Assembly: GCA_030324005.1 (NCBI GenBank)
Contig: JARDVH010000059.1
Span: 83,776,783 to 83,840,782 of the forward strand
Reading direction: 5' to 3'
DNA length: 64,000 nt
Source: Negaprion brevirostris
Lineage: Eukaryota
Shown here: piece after piece, positions 1 through 13,180 of the stretch
Layout: every line of letters starts with the position of its first letter
Numbering within the stretch: position 1 is the stretch's first letter
The notes under the pieces: model-generated
Seen by the model: the letters and a program-made list of their open reading frames with translations, nothing else
What the model was told of the DNA's origin: nothing
Databases searched by the model: none
Made by a program: the position numbers and the translations under genes

Positions 1-138
1 GAGACTTCTGGATGAGTACATGGGACTTAATAGAATTGAGGGTTATAGGTAAGCCTAGTAGGTATGGATATCATCGGCGCAACTTGTGGGCCGAAGGGCC
101 TGTTTATGCTGTAGTTTTTCTATGTTGTATGTTCTATG
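1..138 (+). mobile_element. CR1 LINE 3' end
   Basis: Ends gggccgaagggcctgtttatgctgtag followed by a (ttctatg)n-like tail; same family as 33195-33600. Confidence 0.8.
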
Positions 139-204
139 TCCTAAACCTTTCTGCTTCTTTATATTTCCTTCTTTAAATCAACCTTTTTGATCAGTATGAT
201 TGGA

Positions 205-1710
205 GCAAGTCACCATGGTATCGCGAAATGGAAATCTTACTTGACAAATTTCTTAGTGTTTTTTTTGAGGATACAACTACTAGGGTAGATAAAGGGGAGC
301 CAGTAGATATAGTAAACCATGTATTTCCATAAGGTGCCAAACAAAAGGTCAATAGGCATAATAGTGGCTCGTGAGGTTAGAATAATATTTCAACATTGGT
401 AGAGAATTGCTTAGTAGCTAGAAAGTAGAGAGTGGATATAAAGTTAGCAGGCAGTAAATAATGGAGTGTTGCAAGGGCCTTGGCTATTTGCGACCTATAT
501 TAGTGACTTGGGTAAAGAGACAAAAAGTAATTTACCTACATTTGCTGATGATACCAAGCTAGATGGTAAGTTAAGCTGTGGGGAGGACACGGAGAGACTC
601 TAAGAGATGTAAACTGATAGACAACAAGTGGCAGATGGAGTATAATGTATGGAAGTGTGACACTATTCACTTTGGTTATCAGAATAAAAAAAAGATTTTT
701 TTAAACATGTGAAAGTTGTAAGTGTTGATGTACAAAGAGACTTTGCACAGGGAATGCATAAAATTAGCATGCAAGTGCAGCAAGCAATTAGAAAGACAAA
801 TGGCATACTGGCTTTTATTACAAGGGGATTGGAGTACAGGAATAAAGAAGTCTTTGTTACAGTTGTACAAGGTCTTGGTAAGATCATAACTGAAACACTG
901 TTTGCAGTTTAGCTCTCTATATTTAAGTAGGTAGGTTTATTTATTAGTCACAAATAGTCTTTCATCAACACTGCAAATGAAGTTACTGTGAAAATCCCCT
1001 AGTCGCCACACTCTGACACCTGTTCGGGTACACTAGGGAGAGTTTGGCATGGCTAACCCACCTAACCTGGACAGCTTTGGACTGTAGGAGGAAACCAGAG
1101 CACCCGAAGGAAATCCACGCAGACATGGGGGGGAATGTGCAAACTCCACACAGACAGTGACCCAATCTGGGAATTGAACCCAGATCTCTGGCGCTGTGAG
1201 GCAGCAGCGCTAACCACTGTGCCAGAAAGGATATATGTGCTTTAAGAAAGGATATACGTGCTTTGGAGATGGTACAGCAAAAGTTCAGTACATCGGTCCC
1301 TGGGATGAGGGGCTTGTCCTATGATGAAAGGCTGAGTAAATTGGGCCTATGTTTTCTGGAGTTTAGAAAAATAAAAGGTGATCTTGAAAGGGGCTTGATA
1401 GCGTAAACACTGAGAGATTGTTTCTACTGGTGAGGGAATCTGAAACACAGGAGCATGGTCTCAGGATGAGGGGCCAATCATTCAGGACTGAGATGAGGAG
1501 AAATTAGCCCACTGAAATCGTTGTGAATGTTTGGAATTCTCTATCCCAGAGGGTTGTGGATGCTCTGTCATTGAATATATTTAAGGCTGGGACAGACTTA
1601 TTTTGTTTTCTCAGGGGATCAAGAGATATGGGGAGTGGGTAGGAAAGTGGAGTTGAAGCACAAGACAGTCTTGATGGACCAAGTGGTCTACTCCAGATTC
1701 TATTTCTTAT
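205..1710 (+). mobile_element. Decayed CR1 LINE (RT C-terminal half plus 3' UTR), interrupted by a SINE at 931-1224
   Basis: tttgctgatgataccaagcta = FADDTKL at 541-561; ORF remnant QVQQAIRKTNGILAFITRGLEYRNKEV; CR1-type 3' end near 1680-1710. Confidence 0.88.
931..1224 (-). mobile_element. HE1-like tRNA-derived V-SINE, tail type B
   Basis: Reverse strand reads tggcacagtggttagc (A box), ggttcaattcc (B box), the V-domain tctgcgtggatttcct...ggtttcctcc, and tail ...aacttcatttgcagtgttg...aataaa. Confidence 0.9.
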
Positions 1711-1711
1711 G

Positions 1712-1836
1712 CTGCTGTTTACCTGCCCGAATATCTCCTTGTGTGGCTTGGTGTCAAATTTTCTTGATACCTCTCCTGCATAGCACATTGGTAAATTTCA
1801 CAATGTTAAAGATGCTGCATAAGTGTAGATTGTTAT
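1712..1836 (+). mobile_element. L2 LINE 3' tail (other half at about 139-193, split by the CR1)
   Basis: acctgccc...tgtggcttggtgtcaaattt...aatgttaaagatgctgcataagtgtag matches the L2 tails at 5561-5705 and 39990-40135. Confidence 0.65.
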
Positions 1837-2749
1837 TGGCTGAGGTAGAACTGGTTAAATGTGGTAGCTTCTCATTATCTCGCGAGCTAAGATGTGGCCT
1901 GGCTGCTCAGCAACTATGGCTCTGGCTCGGTAGCCTTTTCCCAGTACATGATTCCAGTATGTGATCGATCTCGTATGCTCACATCATCCTCGGCAAGACA
2001 GGAAGTCATCATTAGCACTTTTTACCCATGGCATGAATCAGTCAGGGGACAACCAGGCTAAGCGCACTAGATGAAATAATTTGTGCTATGGGATGACGTG
2101 AGGCAGAGTAAGAGCAAAGGCAGAGGTCAATGATGGCCCCACATGCAATGCAATGTCGGTATAAGTGTGTAATAAATGTCATTTATTTATTTACCTATTT
2201 ATTTTTGCTACTGCACAATTTTCACTTTTCTTGATTAACCATTTTGAATACTGAGTTTGCCTGACACTTTATGGAATCGAATAAGTTTATCATTACTTAG
2301 ACTGCACTTGACGCTGAATTAGAATATTGTGTTTCATGATAGGTTGAAAGGAGTGTGGAACATAACCATAGTACTCATTAGGAACACTGTGCTGTTCGTT
2401 TATAGTTAAAAAAAACACGTGTTTTTCTGAATTTAAAACACACAAAAGAAATCTTAATTATTTACAAAAAAAAGTCTTCACAAAAAATTTAGAAAGCTAC
2501 CTCCAGACCAGCAGGATATGTGCCAATATGTTATATACTAAAATTGTGCTGTTGTCTCAAACCTGCTGTTGAAAGGAATGGCGAGATAATTGATTAAACT
2601 GTTAATTTAGGTTATCTCTCTTTCCCTCCCCATCCCATTATGGATTAATCATTCTGTATTGCTCTCCTGAATGTTTACTCCATCCTGAATTAATAGGCCA
2701 TGGCCTCGTTGGGTGGGGCAATGTCTTAATATCCTTGTACTAGAAGAAA

Positions 2750-3240
2750 TACTTGAATTTTAATAGTGCTCTTCACTGCCTCATGACATCCCATAGCGCT
2801 TCACAGCCCATAAAATAGTTTTGGCATGTAGCCATGGTTCAATGTAGAAAACATGGCAGCCAATTTGCACATAGTAAACTCACATCAGCAGCATTGTGAT
2901 AATGCTCCCTTCAAATTTTATTTTTGCGTGTGGCCTTCCGTGCACGTGGCTGCGTATGTGTTATATCTTGTGAGCAGCCAGCGGCGTACTCCATCAATTT
3001 CTGTGTGGCTATGCCTGTGTGCAGCTCAATTGCGACATTACCTGAAGATCTGTCTCAGTGATGATGGCTGAAGGAATAAATATTGGCCGGGACTGCTCTT
3101 TGGAGTAGCACCATGGTTCCAGAGGGCGAACAGGGCTTTGATTTAATACCTCATCAGAAAGATGCACCTTCTGCAGTACAACACACCTGCAGTACTATAC
3201 TGGGAAAGTCAGCCTAATTTTTTTGTGGTCATGTTTTGAG
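2750..3240 (-). mobile_element. Decayed Deu-SINE (SacSINE1/AmnSINE1-like)
   Basis: aatgtagaaaacatggcagccaatttgcac tail segment and ctcatcagaaagatgcaccttctgcagtac Deu-domain segment. Confidence 0.7.
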
Positions 3241-3799
3241 AGTGATAGGAATAGAATACCATCCCTTGCCTTCCCTGCAAGGCTGAACATTCTACCTCTT
3301 GGCCTTTAAATGGTGAGAGTGGAGCCTTCTCACTTACTTTTAATACTCCTACTCTTTTTGTACCTTCTACATTTGAACTCTTGACTTTCTTTCATTCCTC
3401 AGTTGTCGCATGCATACAGTGATGCCGACCACGTGTGTTGAACTGCAATTTTGATTTATAGATAAAATATGAGCAGTGGACACTGTTTTGGACCTGTAGT
3501 CTCAGTACACATATCTGCATAGTGTATGCATGTGCACTTTAACCTTTTTATATATTTGTTGGTAAAACAGTGAGGTGAAATACATAGTGCACCAGAAGTT
3601 TCTTTTTTTTGAACGTTGTGCATGCTTGCCTTCCTTGATTCGTGGTTGTTGACCTGTTAATACAGTGTAAGACTTGGGTGAAAGTGGGTGTCATCACAGA
3701 TGCAACAACATTGACGTACTCTGAGTCAGATAAAAAATGACTAGCAGCTCCAACTGAATGCATTGTGGAGAAGGATTAAGCAGCATTGAAATACATTCT

Positions 3800-4065
3800 G
3801 ATTGGGATGGTTAGGGTAGCGTAAATAGAGAATAAAGGGTGGGGATGGGTGGATGGAGAGAGATGGGTGGGTCTGGATAGGGCAGGGCAAAGACTAGACA
3901 GGGGTTGGGAAAAGCCAGAGAGCAGGTTAGAGTCCGGACAGATTCTGGGGGTAAAGATGGGATGTAAGTCTGGATGGGGAGTGGGAGCGGGGGAAGCATT
4001 TGAATGGAGGATAGATCTTGGCAGAAAGTGTGGGAGGGTCTTCATGGTGAGTTGGGGTGGATTGG
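3800..4065 (+). repeat. G/purine-rich low-complexity tract
   Basis: Many GGG/GGAT runs and few C residues. Confidence 0.6.
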
Positions 4066-4699
4066 TGTAACTCATTGTGCAAGTCAACCCTCTTAGCAGT
4101 CAGCAATCTCAAACAATTAGGGATGGGCAATAGTCGTAGGCCTTGCCAGCAACACACACATGCCATGAACGTTTACATAAAAAGGAAAAATAAAGCCAAA
4201 TCTCTCTTAGAACTATTGGACGAAAGCCTAGAACCTGCACTAAGATGTACTGTGTCTGATAAATTTATGCCAGATTACTGAAAGCCCTATTCGATGAAAG
4301 ACAGGAAAACTCACGTTAAATGGTTCAGATGTTGGTTACATAAATATGCAATTGCCAGTCACCTTGGTGTTCTGGACATGTGCTATTCGCCACCCTTGTG
4401 ACCAATTCCTTAATCCAACCCCTTGTGAGGGGCTTTCATGAAATAAAATGTGTATACTGAGAATGACCTGTCACTGTTAACCACACCAGTTACTGGGTGG
4501 CAAGCAGCTATTTCCATTTTTACCCAAAAACTGAGTAACCATGTGACTTTAGACTTACCATCCATGCCAGTGGATGCCCTTCTATTGCATGTCCAAAACT
4601 TCTGTAACATTAAGTAGCACAGCTGGACACATCCTGTAAATCTGAGTTACTAATCATGAGTTCTTTTTTTGTTTCCTGCCATGCCAGGATGACTAAAAG

Positions 4700-5705
4700 T
4701 AATGATCTGCACCTCAGCTCATTTGTTGCTTAAACCCTCCTTCATGCTTTAGTTACCGCCACACATGATTGACTATTCCAATGAACTCCTGGCTGGTATC
4801 CCATGTTCCATCCTTGTAAACTTGAGGTCATCCAGAACTCTGCTGCCAATATCTTGGCTCACAGCAAGGCCTGTATCCCTATCACTCCTGTACTTGCTAA
4901 CCTGCATTGGCTTCTGGTCAAGCATTGTCTTGATTTTAAAGTTCTTATTGTTGTTTTTAAATCCCACCGTGGCCTTGCCCCTTCCAAATCTGTGATCTCC
5001 TCCAGCTGCACTATCCTTGGAGATCTCTGCGCTCATCTAATTCTGTCCTCTTGAATATCTCTGATTTTAATTGTTCCTCATTGATGGGTGTGCCTTCAGC
5101 AATCTGGTTTCCAAGCCCTGGAATTCTCTCCCTATACTTTGCTGCCCTGCTTTCCTTTGCAACTACAAAGAGTTGTGAATGTGCCTTGTCCATCACGCAA
5201 ATCATCCATTGACTCCATCTACACTTCCTGCTGCCTCGGAAAAGCAACCAGCATAATCGAGGACCCCACACACCCTGTACATACTCCATTCTTCCATCAG
5301 GAAAAAAGTCTGAAAATGCGTACCTACCGACTTAAGAACAGCTTCTTCCGAGTTGCTATTAGACTTTTGAATGGTCCTATCACACATTAAGCTGATCTTT
5401 CTCCTCACACTATCAGTAACCACAATACTATATTGTGCATCCTACCTTTTCCTTCTCCCCTATGTATTCTCTGAATGGTATGCTTTGTCTGTATATAGCG
5501 TGCAAGGAACAATACTTTTCGCTGTATCCCATTACACGTGACAATAATAAATCAAATCAACAACTTAAAATCTATCTCTTTGACAAAGCTTTTGGTTATC
5601 TAACCTGACGTCTCTTTATGTGATTCGGTGTCATATACTCTATAATGCCTCTATGAAGTACCTTGCAATGTTTTATTACATTAAAGGCACTACATAGCTC
5701 TAAGT
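4700..5705 (+). mobile_element. L2 LINE 3' fragment, interrupted by a Rex/Babar fragment
   Basis: Peptides IDYSNELLAGIP and KLEVIQNSAANIL...PITPVLANLHWL...LDFKVLIVVFKS...GLAP (L2 ORF2 C-terminus); tail resumes at 5561. Confidence 0.88.
5156..5560 (+). mobile_element. Rex1/Babar-like LINE 3' end
   Basis: Peptide LQRVVN...SIDSIYTSCCLGKATSIIEDPTHP...TYRLKNSFF..AIRLLN; tail gtgacaataataaatcaaatcaa. Confidence 0.8.
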
Positions 5706-5811
5706 ATGGGGAAGCAGTTACTGCATTCATACCATAAGTATCAGGGTTATTTGGCCCTGCCAAACAGGTAGGCTGTGATTAAGTTGCAATGTCATTAAAT
5801 ATTTTTTTAAA

Positions 5812-6020
5812 AATCAGGAAATTCTGGAAATACTCAGCAGGTCTGGCAGCATCTGTAGAGAGAGAAACAGAGTTAAAGTTTCAGGTTGACAACATTTCCT
5901 CTGGCCGTTTCTGATGAAAACTCATAACCTGAAACACTAACTTTGTTTCTCTCTCCGCAGATCCTGCCATCAATGCTGAGCATTTCTAGCATTTTTAGCA
6001 TCTGCTGTAGTTTGTTTTTG
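5812..6020. mobile_element. Fold-back Penelope-like terminal-repeat remnant
   Basis: Inverted arms ctcagcaggtctggcagcatctgtagagagagaaacagagtta / taactttgtttctctctccgcagatcctgcc...tgctgag; CTGATGA (5911) and GAAAC (5931) near the centre. Confidence 0.7.
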
Positions 6021-7114
6021 GAGTGGTGTCATTTAACTTATTACAGATAAGTTTTAGCATTCTGGTGCTCTTTTGCATAGAGATTTCTCGCCAGCCAATG
6101 CACTTTTAATTCTGAACATTCACAAGTATTGCTAGCAGCTTAATGAATCTGTGGAAAGTGTTGCATTGCAGAATAAATAATTCCTCAGCTCAGTGCTTCC
6201 TCAGTTAAAACGTTGAACGCTAAGCAGCTTTCTCGGAAGAAATAGTGTTCGACCATCTTACACTTTTCCATGTTTCTCAAGCACAACTCCAATACCTAAC
6301 GGGTTTGTGACAAAAGTCATTGGCTGATGACTCCACACTGATTTGCAGGAAAGAATTTGTAAACCAGCTTTAACATTGGAAGTTGAAAGGTTGCATTTTG
6401 GGTTGGAGGGGGGATAGGAGGTGGTTGGATGACTAGTTTAATTGTATTTCCTTGAATAAATGGAATTAATAGTCCTTATTTGTTTAATAATCAATTAGTA
6501 AACATTAAACTCACTTGACAACAGCTCAATGGAATGCATGTACTGCCTTGGAACTATGACAGTCGTAATAACCTACTTTTCATCAAAATGTTTAGCACCA
6601 TTTTGTTTTCTCAAATACAAGATAATTGGACATCTAAAAATCACTTAAAATTACTGAAACAATTGTGAGCATTTCTATCTGGGTAATTAGCATTGTCATT
6701 CTTAAAATGTAATTGTATGCTGTTTATTCTTATCTATAATTGGTTCTGTAAACACTTTCATATACAGTGGAATTGGTAGGCAATCAATGTAGGAGTGTAA
6801 AAATGTGCGGAGATATCCATTACTTAAAGAAAAATTATCCCTTTTTTCATGGGAGTCAGGCATTATTTATGGTGCTTGGTATGAAACAGAGACCTTTTCA
6901 TAATGCTGCAAAAACCATAGCATATTTGTCTAATACAAAGGAGACTTGTGGATTTTTATTGATTTTTTTTGTTGAGCGATGCCTGGTATCGGTTTCTTCT
7001 AGTAAATGCTGAGTTAACCCTTTTGAACNNNNNNNNNNACTTTTGGAATTTTGAGGCACATAATTTGTGATTGATTGACTGGTTTCAGCCTTCATTCCAA
7101 CAAAGAAATGAAAA

Positions 7115-7297
7115 AGGACTTGCTTTCTTATAGAGCCTCAAACAGCCTCAGGAAGTCCCAAAGCCCTTCTCAGTCAAGGAAGCATTTTGAAGTGTAGTCG
7201 GTGTTGTAATGTAGAAAATGCTGCAGCCAGTATGTACACACAGGATTCTTAAAAACAGCAAAGTGATAAGGACCAGGTGATCTGTTTTTGGATGTTG
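7115..7297 (-). mobile_element. Deu-SINE 3' part, running into an N gap
   Basis: ttttgaagtgtagtcggtgttgtaatgtagaaaatgctgcagcc family signature. Confidence 0.7.
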
Positions 7298-7744
7298 NNN
7301 NNNNNNNNNNNNNNNNNNNNNNNNNNNNNNNNNNNNNNNNNNNNNNNNNNNNNNNNNNNNNNNNNNNNNNNNNNNNNNNNNNNNNNNNNNNNNNNNNNNN
7401 NNNNNNNNNNNNNNNNNNNNNNNNNNNNNNNNNNNNNNNNNNNNNNNNNNNNNNNNNNNNNNNNNNNNNNNNNNNNNNNNNNNNNNNNNNNNNNNNNNNN
7501 NNNNNNNNNNNNNNNNNNNNNNNNNNNNNNNNNNNNNNNNNNNNNNNNNNNNNNNNNNNNNNNNNNNNNNNNNNNNNNNNNNNNNNNNNGCTAATATTGT
7601 CCTTTAAAACATATGCCCAGGGAGAAAGTGCTGGCTGATTTTCTATTATGTATGCACGAGAACACCAACTTCTGTTGATGTGGCACTTACAATATAGTAA
7701 AGCAGGTTGCAGGAACATTAGCAATGAAAATTTGATGCGGTTAT

Positions 7745-7990
7745 GTGTGACACTAGAGCAGATGATCCAAAGCTTGGGGAAAGAGGTAGGTTTTAAGGAG
7801 CACCTGAAATGAGGAGTGAGAAATAGAAAGGAAGGGAATTCTAGAGCTTCTGGCCTGGACAGCTAAAGGCTATTAATGGTCAAGCAATGGAATATGGAGA
7901 TGTGCCAGAGGCCACAGTTGGAGGATGGAGAGCCCTTGGAGGGTTATAGGGCAGGAGGTCCAAGAAATGGGGAGCGGTGATGCCAAGGTG
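7745..7990 (-). mobile_element. L2 3' fragment
   Basis: gcagatgatccaaagcttgg...agaggtaggttttaaggag...gggaattctagagc is the reverse complement of the L2 tail. Confidence 0.7.
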
Positions 7991-8639
7991 AATTAGTAAT
8001 TATCTAGAATTAATGGATGTTACTAATTTTTCCAAAAAACATTTCCTTAATTAGATGCCAAGATTCAATTTCAAATGGCACTTGGAATATCAATATTCCA
8101 GTTACACTCTGAGATTTACTTCATTTGGTGAATGCTAAAAATGCATGTAACATTGATTGGGGATTAAGTTCCTTACCAATTTTGTGGCTCCTATTCAGTC
8201 TCTACATTTTTGCCTTCAATGTCTACCTCCCCTTGCATTTCTTCCTTCTTTCCCATCCATATTGACTGTTCCAGTTTCTTTGCTGTAATCCTTGCTCACC
8301 TTCTCTAATTTCCTTGGCCGAATAATGCAACCACTCCCTGCTCCTGAAGCTAGAGGGAGATTCAGGGAATGAAATTGGAAAGTGTGAATTTCTCTGGCTT
8401 TCTTGTCTTCCTGCAACTGTCGTGCTATCACTCATTCACTGAATTATTTCAAATAAACTAATACACCCTCAATTATGGTGACAAATGGAATGCCAAGGAA
8501 GCCAATTTAGACCAGCATCAGGGAAGTAGTTGTTGAACAGGGTTATAAATGGCAACCACAACTGTGTCCAGTTTTGTTCTCCTGATTGAAGAAAATATGC
8601 TAGAAGCAGGGTTGGGAGGTGGGGGTCAGGGGGGTGGGT

Positions 8640-9060
8640 GCGTATCTAATGAGGACAGGTTGGACAGGCTGGGCTTGTATCCATTGGAGTTTAGAAGATT
8701 GTGATCTTATTGAAATATACAAGATCCTGAGGGGACTTGAGAGGCTGAAAGGATGTTTTCCCCTGTGTGGCAGAGACTAACACTAGGGGGCACATGTTAA
8801 GAATAAGGGGTCTCCCATTTAAGTTGTAGATGAGAAGAACTTTTTTCTCTGAGGGTTGTGAATCTTTGGAACTCTGTTCCTCAGAGAGCGCTGGAAACAG
8901 GATCATTGACTTTTTAAGGCAGAGGTAGATAGACTATTGACTAACGAGAGTCAAAGGTTATGAGGGTAAGGAGAATGTGGAGAAGAGGCTACAATCAGAT
9001 CAGCTGAGATCTTATTGAATAGAAGAGAAGGCACAAGAGGCCTGCTCCTAGTTCATTTGT
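8640..9060 (+). mobile_element. CR1 LINE 3' fragment
   Basis: gaggacaggttggacaggctgggcttgtatccattggagtttagaaga...gatcttattgaa (RLDRLGLYPLEFRR..DLIE). Confidence 0.82.
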
Positions 9061-9289
9061 TGATATGGAGTGACTGGGAGGAAAACAGAAATATGCCGCA
9101 GGCATCTCATGTGCTCGCAGGTACTGATGGGACTCCTGAATCTTGCAGTCTCCTGCCAGTCCCAACGATTGAATTTTGGCAACTAAATTCCCTATAATTA
9201 AAACACTTTAGAACTTCTGTTCTGTAGGCACATTGTCCTTTTATTTTCCCTTATATTTTCCCTTATTTCTTTCTGTTGTCTCCTCTTAT

Positions 9290-9710
9290 TTCCCTAGACC
9301 TGAATTGGCTCCTCACGTCGCAACACCTCTATTTCAAAATAATCGTCTTGGTTTTCGGATCCCTCCGTAGCCTCACTTCTCTCCTTGTCTCTGTAATCTC
9401 CAACTTCAAACTTTTAAATCTCTGTGTTCCAATTCTGGCCTCTTGTGCATCCCTGATTTTCCTTGCTTCACCATGATGGCCTTAACTTGCTTAGATCATA
9501 AACCTTGGAATTCTCTCCCTAAACCTCTCCACCCCTCTAGCTCTCTTTCCTCCTTTTAAGATTCTCCTTACACCCTAAGTATTGAACCAAGCATTTGGTC
9601 ATCTGTCCTAATATCTCCTGATGGGGGTCAGTGCCCAATTTTGATTAAGAATACTCCTGTGAAGAGTCTTGTGATGTTTTAGTACATTGAAAGCACGATA
9701 GGAATGCAGA
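9290..9710 (+). mobile_element. L2 3' fragment
   Basis: LNWLLTSQHLYFKIIVLVFGSL remnant and tggaattctctccctaaacctctcc tail. Confidence 0.75.
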
Positions 9711-10137
9711 TTCATATCATATTTTATATGTGTTGGTCCTATATTATTTCTAACATTCTCATTTATGATTACAAGTGCCACCAATTTGAGGGGGGTGAAA
9801 AATCAACCAGCTGTCTCAAATTCTTGTTCAAGAGTTCTCCAAGTTTCATAACTTTGCCTATTTTTCTGAGAGAGGAANNNNNNNNNNNNNNNNNNNNNNN
9901 NNNNNNNNNNNNNNNNNNNNNNNNNNNNNNNNNNNNNNNNNNNNNNNNNNNNNNNNNNNNNNNNNNNNNNNNNNNNNNNNNNNNNNNNNNNNNNNNNNNN
10001 NNNNNNNNNNNNNNNNNNNNNNNNNNNNNNNNNNNNNNNNNNNNNNNNNNNNNNNNNNNNNNNNNNNNNNNNNNNNNNNNNNNNNNNNNNNNNNNNNNNN
10101 NNNNNNNNNNNNNNNNNNNNNNNNNNNNNNNNNNNNN

Positions 10138-10395
10138 ATCCGTTTTTATGCTACCTAAAAACCTTAGCACTTCCTCCCTCGTAATGGATATTTCCTTCCA
10201 CTGATCTACAGCTCCCTCCAAGACATTACAAGACACCAAACCCCTCTCCTTCGTGAATACTGACGCAAAGTATTCATTCAGGATCTCCCCCATTCCCTCA
10301 GACTCAATACATAGCTCCCCTTCTTTGTCCCTAAGAGGACCAATTTTCCCTCTAACCACTCTCTTGCTCCTAATATAAGAGAGTTTTTTCTGGTT
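10138..10395 (-). mobile_element. CR1 ORF2 internal fragment (endonuclease-RT linker) abutting an N gap
   Basis: YIRSKRVVRGKIGPLRDKEGELC...MGEILNEYFASVFTKE is the typical CR1 linker. Confidence 0.85.
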
Positions 10396-10907
10396 GAGGC
10401 ACAAATTCATGTGGCTTAGAATAAGGAGGATGGTGATGTTTAGTTTCAGGACTGCTAGTCCAAAGAATGAAATTAATCTGTTAACTGGGTGACTTTTTGA
10501 AGAAATTAATGTGAAATGGATTTTGTCTCAATTTTGGAAAACATTCATGCTCATGTATTTCTTGTAACCAGTTTCTGGGTTTACATTTGGCTGCATTTCA
10601 GTGGAGTATGTAGCAGCTTGCTTTGCAGGAGATGGGAGAATCAAAGGTGATGGCAGATGTTAGATCACGGAGTCCAGTCCAATGAGAGGCCCTACTACAA
10701 GAGGCCCTGGGACATGTTATTGTGTAATTAGCTAGTAAATATACCCCCAGGTCATTGTTCAGCTTAAGGAACTGACTGATGATCTTGAATTGGAGGGAAA
10801 AATTAATGAAAACTTCACATTAAAATGTCCTAAAAGGTCAAAATATAAGCAGATATCTTTGTATTTCAAAATGGCTTATTTTCAAATTGTATTTAATGTC
10901 TACATCT

Positions 10908-11078
10908 TGGGCTAGAGTTTACCACTGGCAGGTTAGAAGGGGCTGGGTGGGCACATAAAATCCAGTTGGTGGTGTTCCCACTGCCTGTCATGTCTGAAGT
11001 TTTATGGGGGAGGTGGGGGAGGCATTTGGGATCCCACCCTTCAGGTCTATTGAGGCCTTTGAGTGGCCAATTAATGTG
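10908..11078 (+). mobile_element. Probable non-autonomous DNA transposon fragment
   Basis: GC-rich; ttgaggcctttgagtggccaattaatg resembles ttgagtccctaaatcgaccaattaatg at about 46640-46667. Confidence 0.4.
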
Positions 11079-11144
11079 GAGTATTCATTATTTTAAATGA
11101 GTGGAGTAGAACCATAAACTTGTGCCTTGTGAACTGCAGCGACT

Positions 11145-11660
11145 TGAATTTGTAATGAGCATGGAATGGAATAAAAAGTCTCAAAGTATTTCACAGGAGC
11201 ATGTCAAACAAAATATGACACCTAAACCTATAAAAAGGTATTAGATCAGATGATCAAAGAGGGATGATTGTGCTAAAGCAGATGGAGAGATTTAGGGAGG
11301 AAATTCCAGAGCTTGGGACCAAGGCGGCTGAATACACAGCCATCAATAGTGCAATGACTGAAATTGGGTATGCTAAAAGTGATCAGAATTAGAGAAGCGC
11401 AGGTATCTTTGTTGGTTTTGTGGCTGGAAGAGATTACGGAGGTGGAGAGAGGTGGGGTTGTGGAGGGGTTTGAAAACCAGGGTGAGAATTTTGAAATCAA
11501 TGTGTTAGTTGACCGGGGGCTAATATAGGTCAGCAGGCATGAGCGTGATGTGTCAATGGTATTTGCTGCAGTAGAGTTTTCAATAACCTATGGAAAGTGG
11601 AATGTGGGAGACCAGCCAGGACTGCATCAGAATAGTCAAGTCTAGAGCTAATTAAGGAGG
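11145..11660 (-). mobile_element. L2 3' fragment
   Basis: gagagatttagggaggaaattccagagcttggg and ccagccaggactgcatcagaatagtcaagtctagag (reverse of the RLDYS..LAG region). Confidence 0.8.
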
Positions 11661-13180
11661 TAGATGAGTTTGAGACTTTGGTACAAATATGGCAGAGGCC
11701 AAACATTCCCTCATTGTGAATGCAACTCTAACTTTCAGCTCCCCAGTTGGAACAAAAAGGCCCATGGTATATGTAATTACCGGGAAATCTGTGAACTAAT
11801 TTCATTATCTAGAAATTGAAAGGATTTGTCAATTTGAATCTTACTAATTTCAAACATGAAGTTGTCGTCTTTCAAACAGTATAAAAACAGCATAAAAATG
11901 GGATTAGGATAGTAAGCTGCTTGTGGTCAAGTAGTGAAGTTGTATAAGTTAGTTTGCTATAAAGGATATCTGTGCACGGTTTTATTTCTTCACTTGCAGC
12001 CCCTGAGTCCTGACCTACATTCAGAAATTAAAGTGCAAAATTTATCTCAATTAGCACAAATATTGAGTTTAGTGCAAATGTGCGATTTACACTGAGACTT
12101 TTGTAGATATTTTGCTGCAGCTCGTTAAAGTGTTTCTTTTACCTCGCTAAATTAACGCTCCATATGGTGCTTAGGTATCCCAATTGCTTATATAGTTGTA
12201 ATGTCTCCTTGCAGGAATGTAATGTACATCATCTCCAAAATGTTAAATCATGTTAAACATTTTTTGAAATTATTTTAGGATTTCTTTTTCTTGCTCGCCA
12301 AGAGGAGAGCTGTTGGAAATGGAACATCTTAATGGACTCTCTTGGGTTGCAATAGGCAACCATGGCCTGGAGAAAGAATGAGAGGTCTCTTACTACAGTA
12401 TGACTATTTAAAAGTACTGTTAATNNNNNNNNNNNNGGCTACAGATGCATTCTGTTGTCACAAAAGGCTGTATTGACTCCAACATAAGTAAATAAGAGTG
12501 AAAATAGGCCATCCTCTGACTCAACCTAATGTTAACTGCAGGTAAAGGGTGTATAACACATAATCCCCTCTTACCCTGAAGCCCAGATTGTAACCAATTA
12601 CCATTTTTAATTAAGAACCTCTCCATTACTTTTCTGTGTGCTCTAACAAAATGTGCACTCACCGCAATAGCAGTGACTGTCTCACAGAAGTCAGCTGTAC
12701 TAACAGTCAAGTAATTACTTTTTGTCATTCTTGGCTTGCACTTTCTTGCTCAGCATAAAAAATAAACTCCAACATTTACATCAGAAGTTCTGCTTGTGAG
12801 TTTAGGATCCTGGGTCACCTCTCTTCATCCTTTGAGAGTTCCATGAAAGGAGTTCTAATCCCAAAATCAGTTCAATCCTTTGAGTTGCCTTGCTCCCGAG
12901 TATGATTGACCCCCTTACTAATGAACAGGTAAAAGATTTTTACCTTCCCATATCAATCATCCTCTTAATCACCGCTGTTAATTTTTGCTAAAAGGTGTTG
13001 GTATTGTGGGCAGTCGGAAGAGAATTGAGACTCTGGAGAGCCAAGAATTTTGCCCAATTCATCAGGGCTGAACTAAAATTGAGTTTGAACTAAAATTGAA
13101 GCGGTAAAGGACAAACCAACTGTGTGTCCATTATTTATGATTTTTACCAACTGGTGTTTTTTAATTTTTTTTAAATTCAG

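Noticed and set aside
3800-4065. G-rich tract as a functional G-quadruplex or minisatellite
   Set aside because: Irregular G-runs with no fixed period; ordinary low-complexity sequence.
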